Assembly (NCBI GenBank): GCA_036266955.1 | Contig: DATAWY010000026.1 | Location: 8,128-40,127 of the forward strand | Length of the DNA: 32,000 nt | Source of the DNA: Rhizomicrobium sp. | GTDB taxonomy: Bacteria; Pseudomonadota; Alphaproteobacteria; Micropepsales; Micropepsaceae | Reading direction: 5' to 3' | Part shown: positions 1 through 8,640 of the stretch, in pieces | How the letters are laid out: each line of letters starts with the position of its first letter | How positions within the stretch are numbered: position 1 is the first letter of the stretch | The notes under the pieces: generated by a model | What the model was told of the DNA's origin: nothing | The model's database searches: none | What the model saw: the letters and a program-made list of their open reading frames with translations, nothing else | Position numbers and translations under genes: made by a program

Positions 1-675
1 TTTCGCCGCGTAGCCCACGAGCCGCGGACGGTCCGGATGCCAGTTCTCGAAGCGGATTTCCGAAATGGGCAGCACGCGCGGGCCGCCCTCCTCTTCGAGA
101 ACCGAGGCGTGGAATTCGCGCCCGGGACAATAGGCTTCCGCAAACCAAATGCCGCCAAAACGCGATACGCAGGCAGCCGCCCGGTCGAGCACGGCGTTGC
201 GCCCCGAAGCCAGGGACCGATCGTCCAGGCCGACCGAGGCGTCTTCATTGGCCGATTTCACCACATAGCGGCGTTCGTTTGTGAGCTCATCCCAGCGGGG
301 CGGCTCCGACCAATCCGGCGTCGGCAGACCCGCCGCCCGCAAGATGCGCTTGGTGAGCGGCTTGCTCGCGGCACAGCTGATCGCCGCGGCAGAAGCCCCC
401 GTGAAAGGAATGTTGCGGTGTTCGAGCATTGCTGCTGCGACGCCCGCCAGATCTCCACGTCCGAAGACACTTTCAACGAGGTTGAAGACCAGTTGAGCGC
501 CTGAGTCTGCGAGCGCGGTCTCGAGTGCGCCCGGTTCCGGAATGAAGGCGCGTTGCATGACGTCGTGCCCGAGTTCGGTCAATCTGCCGGCCATGACGGC
601 CGCCGTGACGAGCGTGTCCTGTTCGTCCGGCGGCGCGTCCGGTGAAACATCGGAATGCAGGACCAGGATGCGCAT
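1..675 (-). CDS. ATP-grasp ligase, D-alanine--D-alanine ligase-like (partial; C-terminus lies beyond the window start)
   Basis: Not in the ORF track because the frame stays open to the window edge. My reverse-complement translation from the ATG at 675-673 reads MRILVLHSDVSPDAPPDEQDTLVTAAVMAGRLTELGHDVMQRAFIPEPGALETALADSGAQLVFNLVESVFGRGDLAGVAAAMLEHRNIPFTGASAAAISCAASKPLTKRILRAAGLPTPDW... This is a typical Ddl/ATP-grasp N-terminal and central-domain pattern. The start lies 2 nt after the upstream gene's stop (678-680). Confidence 0.75.
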   Translation of the reverse strand, partial: MRILVLHSDVSPDAPPDEQDTLVTAAVMAGRLTELGHDVMQRAFIPEPGALETALADSGAQLVFNLVESVFGRGDLAGVAAAMLEHRNIPFTGASAAAISCAASKPLTKRILRAAGLPTPDWSEPPRWDELTNERRYVVKSANEDASVGLDDRSLASGRNAVLDRAAACVSRFGGIWFAEAYCPGREFHASVLEEEGGPRVLPISEIRFENWHPDRPRLVGYAAK

Positions 676-677
676 GG

Positions 678-1694
678 TCAGCCGCGCGACGGAATGGCGA
701 GTTCGGGATGACGGCCGTGGAATGCCGCCATGATGCGACCGATCAATTCCACATAGGAAATGCCCGTGAAACGCGCGATGAAAACAAGATCCGATCGCTC
801 CGGATTGAGTCCGGCGAGCGGATTGACCTCGATGAATTGCGGCCGGCCGGCCGCGGTGCTCCGCACATCGACCCGGCCCCCGTCGCGGCAGCGCAGGGCC
901 CGCCATGCGGCAAGAGCAACGTTGCACGCTTCCTGCGCTTCGCCGTCCTGGACCGGCCGGTATTCGATCCTGTCCTCGAAATGCTCCTTGTTCTCATAAC
1001 CATAGCCATGCAGTGCGGCTTTTTCGTTCGCTACTACTTCCACCCCACCCAGAACTTCGGCGTCGGCGCCCGTGCCCGTAATGCCGACGGTAAATTCCCT
1101 GCCGGGCAGCCAGGACTCGGCGATCACCGGTTGACCGAAGCGCCGCAGCAACTCCGCGGCGACACGCTCAAGCTCGCTCCTGCCATTGACCTTCGAACGC
1201 GCGCCGATGCCCTTGCCAGAGCCTTCGGCCACGGGTTTGACGAACAGCGGAAAGTCCAGCCGGACGTCTGCCGCGTCTTCCAGCTTCTCGATGACGGCGA
1301 AGGGTGCGGTCGGCACACCGCAATCGCGGACAATGCGTTTGGCGAAACCCTTGTCCAGAGCCAGAGACAGCGTGAGCGGATCGGAGAAGACGTAAGCCAC
1401 GTCATAGGCTTCGAGAAGTGCCGGCACCTGCGCCTCGCGTGCGACGCCCTTCAGCCCTTCGCAGATGTTGAAGACGCAATCCCAGCGTTCTCCCGCCACC
1501 AGCTGCTTGCACAGCCGCCGCACACCGCCGATGCGGTCAGGCGTGTAGCCCAGACGGCCCAACGCATCGTGGAGCGCCGCGATCGTCACTTCGCTGTCGA
1601 ACTCGGCCGTTGCCTCCTCGCCATAGCCCAGCGCTAGATAGTCCGCCCGCAGATCGTAAGTAATCCCGACTCGCGGCTTCGCATGCGTTTGCAT
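678..1694 (-). CDS. ATP-grasp ligase, D-alanine--D-alanine ligase family
   Basis: ORF 678..1745. It contains ...CEGLKGVAREAQVPALLEAYDVAYVFSDPLTLSLALDKGFAKRIVRDCGVPTAPF...FPLFVKPVAEGSGKGI...FIEVNPLAGLNP, all ATP-grasp/Ddl-like motifs. I prefer the ATG at 1694 (MQTHAKPRVGITYDL). The longer 1745 start would run into the palindromic element. Confidence 0.85.
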   Translation of the reverse strand: MQTHAKPRVGITYDLRADYLALGYGEEATAEFDSEVTIAALHDALGRLGYTPDRIGGVRRLCKQLVAGERWDCVFNICEGLKGVAREAQVPALLEAYDVAYVFSDPLTLSLALDKGFAKRIVRDCGVPTAPFAVIEKLEDAADVRLDFPLFVKPVAEGSGKGIGARSKVNGRSELERVAAELLRRFGQPVIAESWLPGREFTVGITGTGADAEVLGGVEVVANEKAALHGYGYENKEHFEDRIEYRPVQDGEAQEACNVALAAWRALRCRDGGRVDVRSTAAGRPQFIEVNPLAGLNPERSDLVFIARFTGISYVELIGRIMAAFHGRHPELAIPSRG

Positions 1695-1704
1695 TGCCAA
1701 AGGA

Positions 1705-1923
1705 TTCACGCGGAGCCGCGGAGAGTCGGAATAATGAACCGCCAAGGCGCCAGGGCAAATTTACCACGGAGCCACGGAGCGCACGGAGAAAAAGTGTCGC
1801 GCGCGAATGCGCGCCAAAAAATCCTCCGTGCACTCCGTGTCTCCGTGATGCACACGTTGCTTGGCGTCTTGGCGCCTTGGCGGTGAAGCTGTTTTCCTCT
1901 GCGCCTCCGCGGCTCCGCGTGAA
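1705..1923. repeat. Nested imperfect palindrome (~220 bp) built from short periodic repeats; REP/MITE-like or a long RNA hairpin
   Basis: Outer arms are a perfect 19-bp inverted repeat: TTCACGCGGAGCCGCGGAG (1705-1723) and CTCCGCGGCTCCGCGTGAA (1905-1923). The middle arms are ACCGCCAAGGCGCCA (1738-1752) and TGGCGCCTTGGCGGT (1870-1884). CACGGAG occurs three times (1765, 1773, 1782), mirrored by CTCCGTG three times (1824, 1833, 1841). CTTGGCG occurs three times at 1860, 1868 and 1876. The centre holds GCGCGC-GAAT-GCGCGC. Confidence 0.85.
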
Positions 1924-1926
1924 GCA

Positions 1927-3345
1927 TTATTCGTTCGATGGCGCGGGTTGCGGCTTGTCGAGGCCGAGCGTGCCGCCGGGGTCGGGATAGCGGTAGACGC
2001 CGCCCTCGAAATTCCGCAGCAGCAGATCGTCGCCGTCGCGGCCCACGATGGAGTCCGGGGCGATCAGTATCTTCCCGCCGCCGCCGGGCGCGTCGATGCA
2101 GAAGCTCGGCGATGCATAGCCGGTGGTATGGCCGCGCAACCCGCGGATGACTTCAATTCCCTTCTCGACGCTGGTGCGAAAATGTCCCGAACCCCGAATG
2201 GGGTCACACTGATAGAGGTAATAGGGCTTGACGCGGCGCGCCAGCAGCCCCTGCATCAAGGGTTTCATCACCGCGATGTCGTCGTTGATGCCCTTGAGCA
2301 GCACGGTCTGGCTGCCAAGCGGTATGCCCGCATCGGCCAGGCGCGCGGTCGATTCGGTCACTTCCGGCGTGAGTTCGCGCGGATGCGTGAAGTGGATGCT
2401 CATCCAGAGCGGATGATGCTTCTTCAGCATCTTCGCCAGGCTCTTGGTGATGCGCTGCGGCAGCACGACGGGAATCTTGGTTCCGATGCGCAGGAACTCG
2501 ATGTGGCGGATGGCGCGCAGCCGGCCGAGCAACCAGTCGAGCTTGTCGTCGCCAATGCTGAGCGGATCGCCGCCGGAAAGCAGCACGTCGCGCACCTCGG
2601 TGTGAGCTTCGAGATAGGCGAGCGCCTGCTCCCACTGGCGCGTGGAGAACTGGTATTCGCCGCCGGGATGGCCCACGAGACGCGACCGGGTGCAGTAGCG
2701 GCAGTAGGTCGAACAGGTGCCGGTCGTCAGAAACAGCACTCGGTCCGGGTAGCGATGGACGAGGCCCGGCACCACCGTGTCGTGATCCTCTCCCAGCGGA
2801 TCATCCGCTTCACCTGGAAGGGTCACATATTCCTCGGCAGTCATCACGTGGGTCCGGCGCAGCGGCTCCCCCGGGTCGTCACGTCCCATCAGGCCCGCGT
2901 AATAGGGCGTGATGCCGACGGGCAGCGAACCCGTGTGGCGGCTGACCGCGGCGCGCTCCTCCTCCGAGAGATCGAAAATCCGCGAGAGGTCCGGAAGCGA
3001 GCGGATGCGAGCCCGGAACTGCCAGTGCCAATCGTTCCATTCTGTGGCCGACGTGCCGGGAAAAAACCGCTGATAGAAGGCGCGCGCTTCGGGGCTGACC
3101 GGAAAGCGCAAGACCCCGCGCGGCTTTGCGCCTATCGCGGGGAGCTGGATCGCTTGATCGGTGTAGCTGCCTGGACTTTCGCCCGTCTTGTTACTCAAGG
3201 CCCGCAACGGAGGCTTCAGTTCGCGCCCCCGCAACACCTGCAGACTCATCGTCGTCCCGTGACGCTCCACGGTGAGGCCGCGAAAGTCCCATCGACTTCC
3301 ATGAATCGGCGCACCGGTGGCCGGATATTTAGAAGCTTCGCGCAT
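1927..3345 (-). CDS. kamA: KamA-family radical SAM aminomutase (lysine 2,3-aminomutase-like)
   Basis: It has the radical-SAM cluster motif CSTYCRYC and LLSGGDPLS. The C-terminal stretch QTVLLKGINDD...YYLYQCDPIRGSGHFRTSVEKGIEVIRGLRGHTTGYASPSFCIDAPGGGGK resembles Clostridium LAM, including the PLP-lysine context GGGGK. The true start may be the internal MSLQV at 3249. Confidence 0.9.
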   Translation of the reverse strand: MREASKYPATGAPIHGSRWDFRGLTVERHGTTMSLQVLRGRELKPPLRALSNKTGESPGSYTDQAIQLPAIGAKPRGVLRFPVSPEARAFYQRFFPGTSATEWNDWHWQFRARIRSLPDLSRIFDLSEEERAAVSRHTGSLPVGITPYYAGLMGRDDPGEPLRRTHVMTAEEYVTLPGEADDPLGEDHDTVVPGLVHRYPDRVLFLTTGTCSTYCRYCTRSRLVGHPGGEYQFSTRQWEQALAYLEAHTEVRDVLLSGGDPLSIGDDKLDWLLGRLRAIRHIEFLRIGTKIPVVLPQRITKSLAKMLKKHHPLWMSIHFTHPRELTPEVTESTARLADAGIPLGSQTVLLKGINDDIAVMKPLMQGLLARRVKPYYLYQCDPIRGSGHFRTSVEKGIEVIRGLRGHTTGYASPSFCIDAPGGGGKILIAPDSIVGRDGDDLLLRNFEGGVYRYPDPGGTLGLDKPQPAPSNE

Positions 3346-3600
3346 ATCGTCAAGCGAAACCCTCCGAATACTGAAACAGGTCGAATTTTGCCCAATATAG
3401 GCAGCGTGTATCCGGCAAGTATTAATGATGGATTACTGAAGAGGCAGTCAAGTAAACAGGCCGCACCATGTCCTCGCAGGGCGCAAACCCTGTTTAACAT
3501 CGGGGAGTTCACTGTGAGACTAAAGCACATTCGACGAAGCTGAAAACTCGCGCAGCCTTTCACTGACGAATGCAGCAATCGCGCTGTCCCGCCCGGGTTT

Positions 3601-5115
3601 TCACATCACATGTGGACGACTGGCCGGCTGGGCGCGGTCCGTGCCGCGCGGACCGCGGTAATAACGGGCATCGTACAAATCAATCGTGCGCGCGTGCCCC
3701 CCGCCGACGCCGATCGAGAGGTGTTTTACCGCCCGTGCCGAATCAAATGTGGCCAGCACGCGCCCCGCCGCGCCCGGCTCGACCGCGACCAGGACGCGGC
3801 GTGCGCCGCGCTCGAGGCGCATCGTCATCTCGAAATGATCTCTTATGTTGAAATCGCGCGCCCATGCGCGGACCGGCACGCTGCAGGGGCGTGCATAATA
3901 GAGAAGCTCCGCGACGATGCTGCGATTGTCGGCCGCGATGAAATCATAGTCGGCGGCGCTCGCCGCGCGCGCGACGTCTGCTCCCAGCTGCCGCCAGCCT
4001 TCCTCGCGTTTGAAGGCATTGCCGGCAGCGATGGCGTCGGCCGCTGCCGGCCATACGAGCACGATCCACAGAACGAGCATTACAGTGCCGTTGACGACAA
4101 AGGAGGCCCAGAGCACGCGGCCGCGCCACCAGCGGATAAGTTCGGCCACGGCAAGGGGCGTTGCAGCGATATAGGCGGCTGCCGCCCAATTGGCATTTGC
4201 GCCCGCGACGAAGGACTGGATCAGGATCAGAAAAAGCGGGGGCAGACAGAATGCCGCCAGTATCAGTTCCGGCGCGGCGCGCGCCGTTGCAGTCGCGAGC
4301 CGCCAGAAGGCGGCCACGAGCCCCATCATTAGAATCGGTCCGAAGACGCCAAGCTGGCCGATCAGGAATCCTGCCGCGCTCGCGAGGCTATAGCGCGAGC
4401 GCGCCCAGTCGGCATTGGCTTCCGTATGCGCCACGGTCGGAAAGCCGTGCTGCGCGTTCCAGACGATGTTCGGCACAAGAAGCAGAAGAGCGATCGCAAG
4501 AATGACCAGACCGCGCCAGCCGGCAACGAGGCGGCGCGCATCGGGGGCAAACGCCGCCGCGAGACCCGCGCCGGCAAGAAAGTAAAGCATCGCATATTTG
4601 GATTCGAGGCCGAGACCGGCGGCCACCCCGCACAGCACCGGCCATCGCCACCTCCTGTCCTCGCAGGCGCGCAGAAAAGCGTAGAGCGCCGCCGCCCAGA
4701 AAAAGAGCAGCGGCACGTCGGTGGATATGAGCCCGCTCGAGTAGGATATTCCCGGGACTGTCAGATAGGCGACAGCGCTCAGAAGCGATACACGCGCATC
4801 CACGGCACGGCGCGCAATTCCGAACACCAGGAGCGACGTGGCTGCATGAAACAGCGGTGAGGCGATGCGGATCGCCCATTCGGAATTGCCAAGGAGCGTC
4901 GTCGAAATCCAGATGATCCAGGCGATCATCGGCGGCTTCGAGAAATAGCCGAAATCCGGCGTCTGCGCCCACCACCAATATTGCGCTTCGTCGGGATAGA
5001 GATTGAGCGGAGACAGCACTAGAACGGCGCAGCGGACGATGGTCACCGCCAAAATGATTCCAAACGCGATCCAGAACGCGGATGGCGTTTTGCCGGCCGG
5101 GGTGAGCTGGCGCAT
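3601..5115 (-). CDS. ArnT/PMT-type (GT39/GT83-like) membrane glycosyltransferase
   Basis: The protein is polytopic and carries the N-terminal signature YPDEAQYWWWAQTPDFGYFSKPPMIAW typical of ArnT-like GT-C enzymes. The ATG at 5115-5113 overlaps the upstream gene's stop (TGATG). The ORF track's 5118 start is a TTG. Confidence 0.85.
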   Translation of the reverse strand: MRQLTPAGKTPSAFWIAFGIILAVTIVRCAVLVLSPLNLYPDEAQYWWWAQTPDFGYFSKPPMIAWIIWISTTLLGNSEWAIRIASPLFHAATSLLVFGIARRAVDARVSLLSAVAYLTVPGISYSSGLISTDVPLLFFWAAALYAFLRACEDRRWRWPVLCGVAAGLGLESKYAMLYFLAGAGLAAAFAPDARRLVAGWRGLVILAIALLLLVPNIVWNAQHGFPTVAHTEANADWARSRYSLASAAGFLIGQLGVFGPILMMGLVAAFWRLATATARAAPELILAAFCLPPLFLILIQSFVAGANANWAAAAYIAATPLAVAELIRWWRGRVLWASFVVNGTVMLVLWIVLVWPAAADAIAAGNAFKREEGWRQLGADVARAASAADYDFIAADNRSIVAELLYYARPCSVPVRAWARDFNIRDHFEMTMRLERGARRVLVAVEPGAAGRVLATFDSARAVKHLSIGVGGGHARTIDLYDARYYRGPRGTDRAQPASRPHVM

Positions 5116-6821
5116 CAAGCAGGGCGGTCCGACGAGGGCCGTGTCACGCGGTACAGCGTGATGTGCTGTTCGCGGCCTGTGGAGTAATCGAGACCGGACA
5201 CCGAACCGAGGGACGTAGCTGTGGCGCCCGTTTGCTGCAGCGCCGAAAGAAAGCGCGGCTGTACCCGTTCCTCAACCAGTGCGAGTCCGCCATGGGCCGC
5301 AGCGGCCCTTGCGGCTGCGCCCGGGGGCTCGATCTGCGTATCGGAACCCAGAAGAAAGACGAGGCTGGGCTCTACATAACCAGCGAGGACGACCGGATTT
5401 CTGCTCGCACCCCGATGAGCGGCGACCAGGTCGGCCGCGCGCCGGCTGAGCCAGAGATCGTGGAGTTGCGGCACCACTTCAAAAGCGAGCACCAGGTAGA
5501 ACGTCAGAGCCGTTCCCATCGCCAGCAACGCCGCAGGTTCGGCGCGCCGGCGCACAAACAAGACGATGGCCACGCAGGCGGCTGCGAGCCCAAGCGCCAC
5601 ACCTGCGAACAGCGGCCAGGACGCGGAACCGCCGTAATGCGCAGGCAGAACGATGCACGCCAAGGCAATGGCCACCGCAACGAGCCCGAATTGCACGGAC
5701 GCAACGAAGCGCAACGCGCGCTCCCAGCGACTGTCAGACGCATTCCGCGGGCTCGAAACCCACAATGCAACGAGAAACGCAAGCGCCGGATATGCCGGCA
5801 GGATGTAGTGGGGCAGCTTGGTAGGGACGAGTTCGAACAGGAGCCACGCACCGCCGCTCCAGGCGAGCAGAAACCGGTAGAGCGCCTCCTTTCGCCGCAG
5901 CGCCGCGAACCGGATCGCGGGCAGCAGCAACAGAGTTGCCGGCCAGAACGTCAGATTCACCAGCACGAAGTAATAACCTGGAGGCGCGCCGTGCGATTCC
6001 TCTCCTCCGAGGATCTTGGCTGCGAAGTCATGGCCGAGCGACTGCCGGTAGAAAGCGCCGTGGCTTGCCAAGCCGATCGCGAGAGCCCATGGCGCGACGA
6101 GGATTACGGCCAGCACTGTGCCCATCAAGGGTTTCGTGCCGCCAAGCCAGCGCCAATCCCGGTCCCACAGCGAAAGGCCGAGGGAGGTGACGCCCAGCAC
6201 GGCAAGGATGACCGGACCTTTCAGCAGCACGCCAAAGGCCAGGGCGACCCAACCGCCGAGTATGAGCGCGAGCGGCGGGCCTGGATGACCCCGCGCGGCC
6301 AGATAGACGCGCATGAGCGCAGCCTCGGCCGCAATCACGGCGGCCAGTAGCGCCGCGTCCGTCGTGGCGATATCGCTTTCCGCAGTCAGCAACAGACCCG
6401 TTCCCAGCAGCAGCGCCCCCAGGAGGGCCATTTTCGGCGGAGCGGTGCTGCGCGCCATTCCATAGAGGAGGAGCAGCGACAGGAATCCGCCGAGCAGCGA
6501 CGGCAGCCGGTAAACCCAGATGCGGCTTCGCAGCGACGGCGTCGACACGCTGGCAACAGCGGCCTGCAGCCAATAAATGCCGATCGGCTTGTTGTAACGG
6601 GGGACATTGGCAAAGCGGATATCGACGTAATTGCCGGACTCGACCATCTGCCGCGAGGCTTCGGCAAAGCGGCTTTCATCACGGTCGAGCGGCGGCAGCA
6701 TCGCCGCGGCTGGAACCCAGCCCAGCAGAGCGACCAGCAGAATCGCCGCGAGCGGCCGTGCCTTGAGCTGATCGAGCAAGGACACGGCAAACCTCGTCGT
6801 CGGTAGGGCGGCCTCGGCCAT
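5115..6821 (-). CDS. ArnT/PMT-type (GT39/GT83-like) membrane glycosyltransferase, second copy
   Basis: It contains DRDESRFAEASRQMVESGNYVDIRFANVPRYNKPIGIYWLQ followed by many transmembrane segments. The ATG is at 6821 (MAEAAL); the ORF track begins at a TTG at 6830. Confidence 0.85.
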   Translation of the reverse strand: MAEAALPTTRFAVSLLDQLKARPLAAILLVALLGWVPAAAMLPPLDRDESRFAEASRQMVESGNYVDIRFANVPRYNKPIGIYWLQAAVASVSTPSLRSRIWVYRLPSLLGGFLSLLLLYGMARSTAPPKMALLGALLLGTGLLLTAESDIATTDAALLAAVIAAEAALMRVYLAARGHPGPPLALILGGWVALAFGVLLKGPVILAVLGVTSLGLSLWDRDWRWLGGTKPLMGTVLAVILVAPWALAIGLASHGAFYRQSLGHDFAAKILGGEESHGAPPGYYFVLVNLTFWPATLLLLPAIRFAALRRKEALYRFLLAWSGGAWLLFELVPTKLPHYILPAYPALAFLVALWVSSPRNASDSRWERALRFVASVQFGLVAVAIALACIVLPAHYGGSASWPLFAGVALGLAAACVAIVLFVRRRAEPAALLAMGTALTFYLVLAFEVVPQLHDLWLSRRAADLVAAHRGASRNPVVLAGYVEPSLVFLLGSDTQIEPPGAAARAAAAHGGLALVEERVQPRFLSALQQTGATATSLGSVSGLDYSTGREQHITLYRVTRPSSDRPA

Positions 6822-6997
6822 GGGCTGCAAAATTCCGCCTCTGCGGGCGGCTCCGCTTTCGCGTCAGGAGCTTGTTCCGTCACGACCGGCGTGGCTCTAT
6901 GGGACCCGCGCCGCTCCGATCAACCCCAACTGCCCAGCGATCTTTTCATGGGACTCTGACGCGAGGCAGCGCACATTCTATTCTGCAGGGCCATCGA

Positions 6998-7738
6998 ATG
7001 GAACCTTTACCCATGACAGTCGCGCTTTCCGTCGTCGTGCCGGTCAAGGACGAAGCCGAAAACGTCGTGCCCCTGGCCCAGGAGATCGCCCGTGCGGTCG
7101 GCCACGACGAGTCGGTCGAAATCATCTTCGTCGACGACGGCTCGGCGGACCAGACGGTCGCGCAGCTGTTGAAGCTCAGGTCCGAACTGCCCATGCTGCG
7201 CGTCATCCGCCATGGCCGGAACGCGGGCCAGAGCCGCGCCCTGCGCACCGGCGTGCGCGCCGCACGTGCCGGAATGATCGTAACGCTGGACGGAGACGGC
7301 CAGAACGACCCGGCAGACATTCCCAAAGTGCTTGCACCCTTCGCCGAGGCCGACGCGCTCCAGATCGGTATGGTTTCCGGCGTCCGGGTCAGGCGGCGCG
7401 ACGGGATCGGAAAACGGCTCGCGTCCCTCGCAGCCAACCGGTTCCGGCGCTGGGCGCTCAAGGACGGCGCTTCCGATGTCGGCTGCGGTCTCAAGGCCTT
7501 CCGCCGCGACGCATTTCTCGCCCTGCCCTATTTCGATCATATGCACCGCTACCTGGCGGCCCTGATGCTGCGCGAGGGGTATGAGGTGCGGTTCGTCGAT
7601 GTGGGCCATCGCCTCCGGTTGCATGGCCGCTCGAAATACGGCGTATGGGACAGGTTCGTCGTCGGCGTCGAAGATGTCCGGGGCGTGCTGTGGCTGAAGA
7701 AACGCCATCGCGGCGCAGTCGAAACAACGGAGCTGTAG
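6998..7738 (+). CDS. GT2 polyprenyl-phosphate glycosyltransferase (ArnC/DPM1-like)
   Basis: It carries the GT-A/GT2 motifs LSVVVPVKDEAENV...EIIFVDDGSADQT...GRNAGQSRALRTGVRAARAGMIVTLDGDGQNDPADI. The start is chosen at 6998 (MEPLPM), with 7013 as an alternative. The upstream part of ORF 6872.. looks non-coding. Confidence 0.85.
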   Translation: MEPLPMTVALSVVVPVKDEAENVVPLAQEIARAVGHDESVEIIFVDDGSADQTVAQLLKLRSELPMLRVIRHGRNAGQSRALRTGVRAARAGMIVTLDGDGQNDPADIPKVLAPFAEADALQIGMVSGVRVRRRDGIGKRLASLAANRFRRWALKDGASDVGCGLKAFRRDAFLALPYFDHMHRYLAALMLREGYEVRFVDVGHRLRLHGRSKYGVWDRFVVGVEDVRGVLWLKKRHRGAVETTEL

Positions 7739-7744
7739 GCGTTC

Positions 7745-8065
7745 ATGCACAACTGGGTCACGCCTGAACGCATCTGGCTCGCCGTCGGCTTCGCCGGCCA
7801 GGCGCTCTTCGCTTCGCGCTTCCTTATCCAATGGTTCAAGAGCGAGATGGAGGGCCGCAGCGTCATCCCGGTCGCTTTCTGGTATTGCAGCATTGGGGGA
7901 GGAGTCGTTCTTCTGGCGTACGCAATCTACAAGAAAGACCCCGTCTTCATCATCGGCCAGGCAAGCGGCCTTCTGGTCTATGGCCGCAATCTTTATCTCA
8001 TCTTCCGCGAGCGGAACCTGCTGCGCGTCGCCGCGGCGCCCCTGGAAAGAGGTTCGCCCGTTTGA
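7745..8065 (+). CDS. Lipid-A-biosynthesis N-terminal (LAB_N) domain membrane protein
   Basis: WLAVGFAGQALFASRFLIQWFKSEMEGRSVIPVAFWYCSIGGGVVLLAYAIYKKDPVFIIGQASGLLVYGRNLYL matches the LAB_N pattern as I remember it. The gene starts 7 nt after the GT2 gene. Confidence 0.75.
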   Translation: MHNWVTPERIWLAVGFAGQALFASRFLIQWFKSEMEGRSVIPVAFWYCSIGGGVVLLAYAIYKKDPVFIIGQASGLLVYGRNLYLIFRERNLLRVAAAPLERGSPV

Positions 8066-8135
8066 GTACCGCCACCGTGCCCCGGCGTACCGCGTTTCAG
8101 ACGACCTGCCACCCCATCTGACCCGAGGAGAATCC

Positions 8136-8564
8136 ATGTTTCGCGTCTTTCCGGTGCTGCTCGTCGTGATGGTGATCTACAATGTGCTTGCCGTGGCCCA
8201 CGGGCTCGCCGGCAACGAGGCCATGCAGACCTTCCTCTCGCGCGAACACGTCACCTTTCACATGTTCTCCGGTGACCTGTGGGACTTCAGTCTGGGCGAT
8301 CTCCTGGTGACGCTCGGCTTCGTCTGCCTGTTCATCGAAATCGTCAAGGCAACGCGGACCACCCGCCGCAACCTTATCAACCATGGCCTCTCGGTCGTCG
8401 TCTTCGTCATCGCCATCGTGGAATTCATCGTGGTGAAGGGGTTCTCGACCTCGGTCTTCTTCTTCATCATGGTGATGACGGCCTTCGACGTGATCGCGGG
8501 CTATACCATCTCGATCGTGGCGGCCGAGCACGATCTGGGGCTGGGCCGCGCCGGAACCGACTAG
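8136..8564 (+). CDS. Small integral membrane protein, unknown function
   Basis: An ATG at 8136 is preceded by GAGGAG (8125-8130). The product MFRVFPVLLVVMVIYNVLAV... has 4 predicted hydrophobic helices. The 5' part of ORF 7893.. overlaps the LAB_N gene and is discounted. Confidence 0.6.
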   Translation: MFRVFPVLLVVMVIYNVLAVAHGLAGNEAMQTFLSREHVTFHMFSGDLWDFSLGDLLVTLGFVCLFIEIVKATRTTRRNLINHGLSVVVFVIAIVEFIVVKGFSTSVFFFIMVMTAFDVIAGYTISIVAAEHDLGLGRAGTD

Positions 8565-8571
8565 GCCAATC

Positions 8572-8599
8572 TTGCCGCGGGCGGCCGGACCGCTATAGT
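8572..8599 (+). promoter_or_regulatory. Candidate sigma70-type promoter for tRNA-Ser
   Basis: TTGCCG (8572-8577), a 16-nt spacer, then TATAGT (8594-8599), about 40 nt upstream of the tRNA. Confidence 0.35.
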
Positions 8600-8640
8600 C
8601 CCGGCCCTCCCGGCAGCGCCGGGGTCTTGCGGACAGGTGG

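Noticed and set aside
37-504. 155-aa plus-strand ORF at the window start
   Set aside because: The minus strand is open from 675 to the window edge and translates into a convincing ATP-grasp/Ddl-like protein. The plus-strand product is Arg-rich with no motifs.
1765-1847. Periodic CACGGAG / CTCCGTG heptamers considered as a possible CRISPR or tandem-repeat array
   Set aside because: The repeats are only 7 nt with 1-2-nt spacers and are arranged as mirror-image arms of a palindrome. This is not CRISPR architecture, and no cas genes are present.
3440-3500. 8-bp inverted repeat TAAACAGG...CCTGTTTA in the kamA upstream region, considered as a riboswitch or operator
   Set aside because: I could recognise no lysine-riboswitch core or other known RNA motif. 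An isolated 8-bp inverted repeat with a ~27-nt spacer is weak evidence.
1861-3543. Long antisense ORFs opposite well-supported genes: 1861..3543(+), 642..1637(+), 5163..6350(+), 7007..8137(-), 15845..16798(+), 17627..18652(+), 21494..22534(-), 26690..28714(-), 29649..31181(-)
   Set aside because: These are typical shadow ORFs of high-GC DNA. Their translations are Arg/Ala/Gly/Pro-rich and low-complexity with no recognisable motifs, whereas the opposite strand carries clear family signatures in every case.
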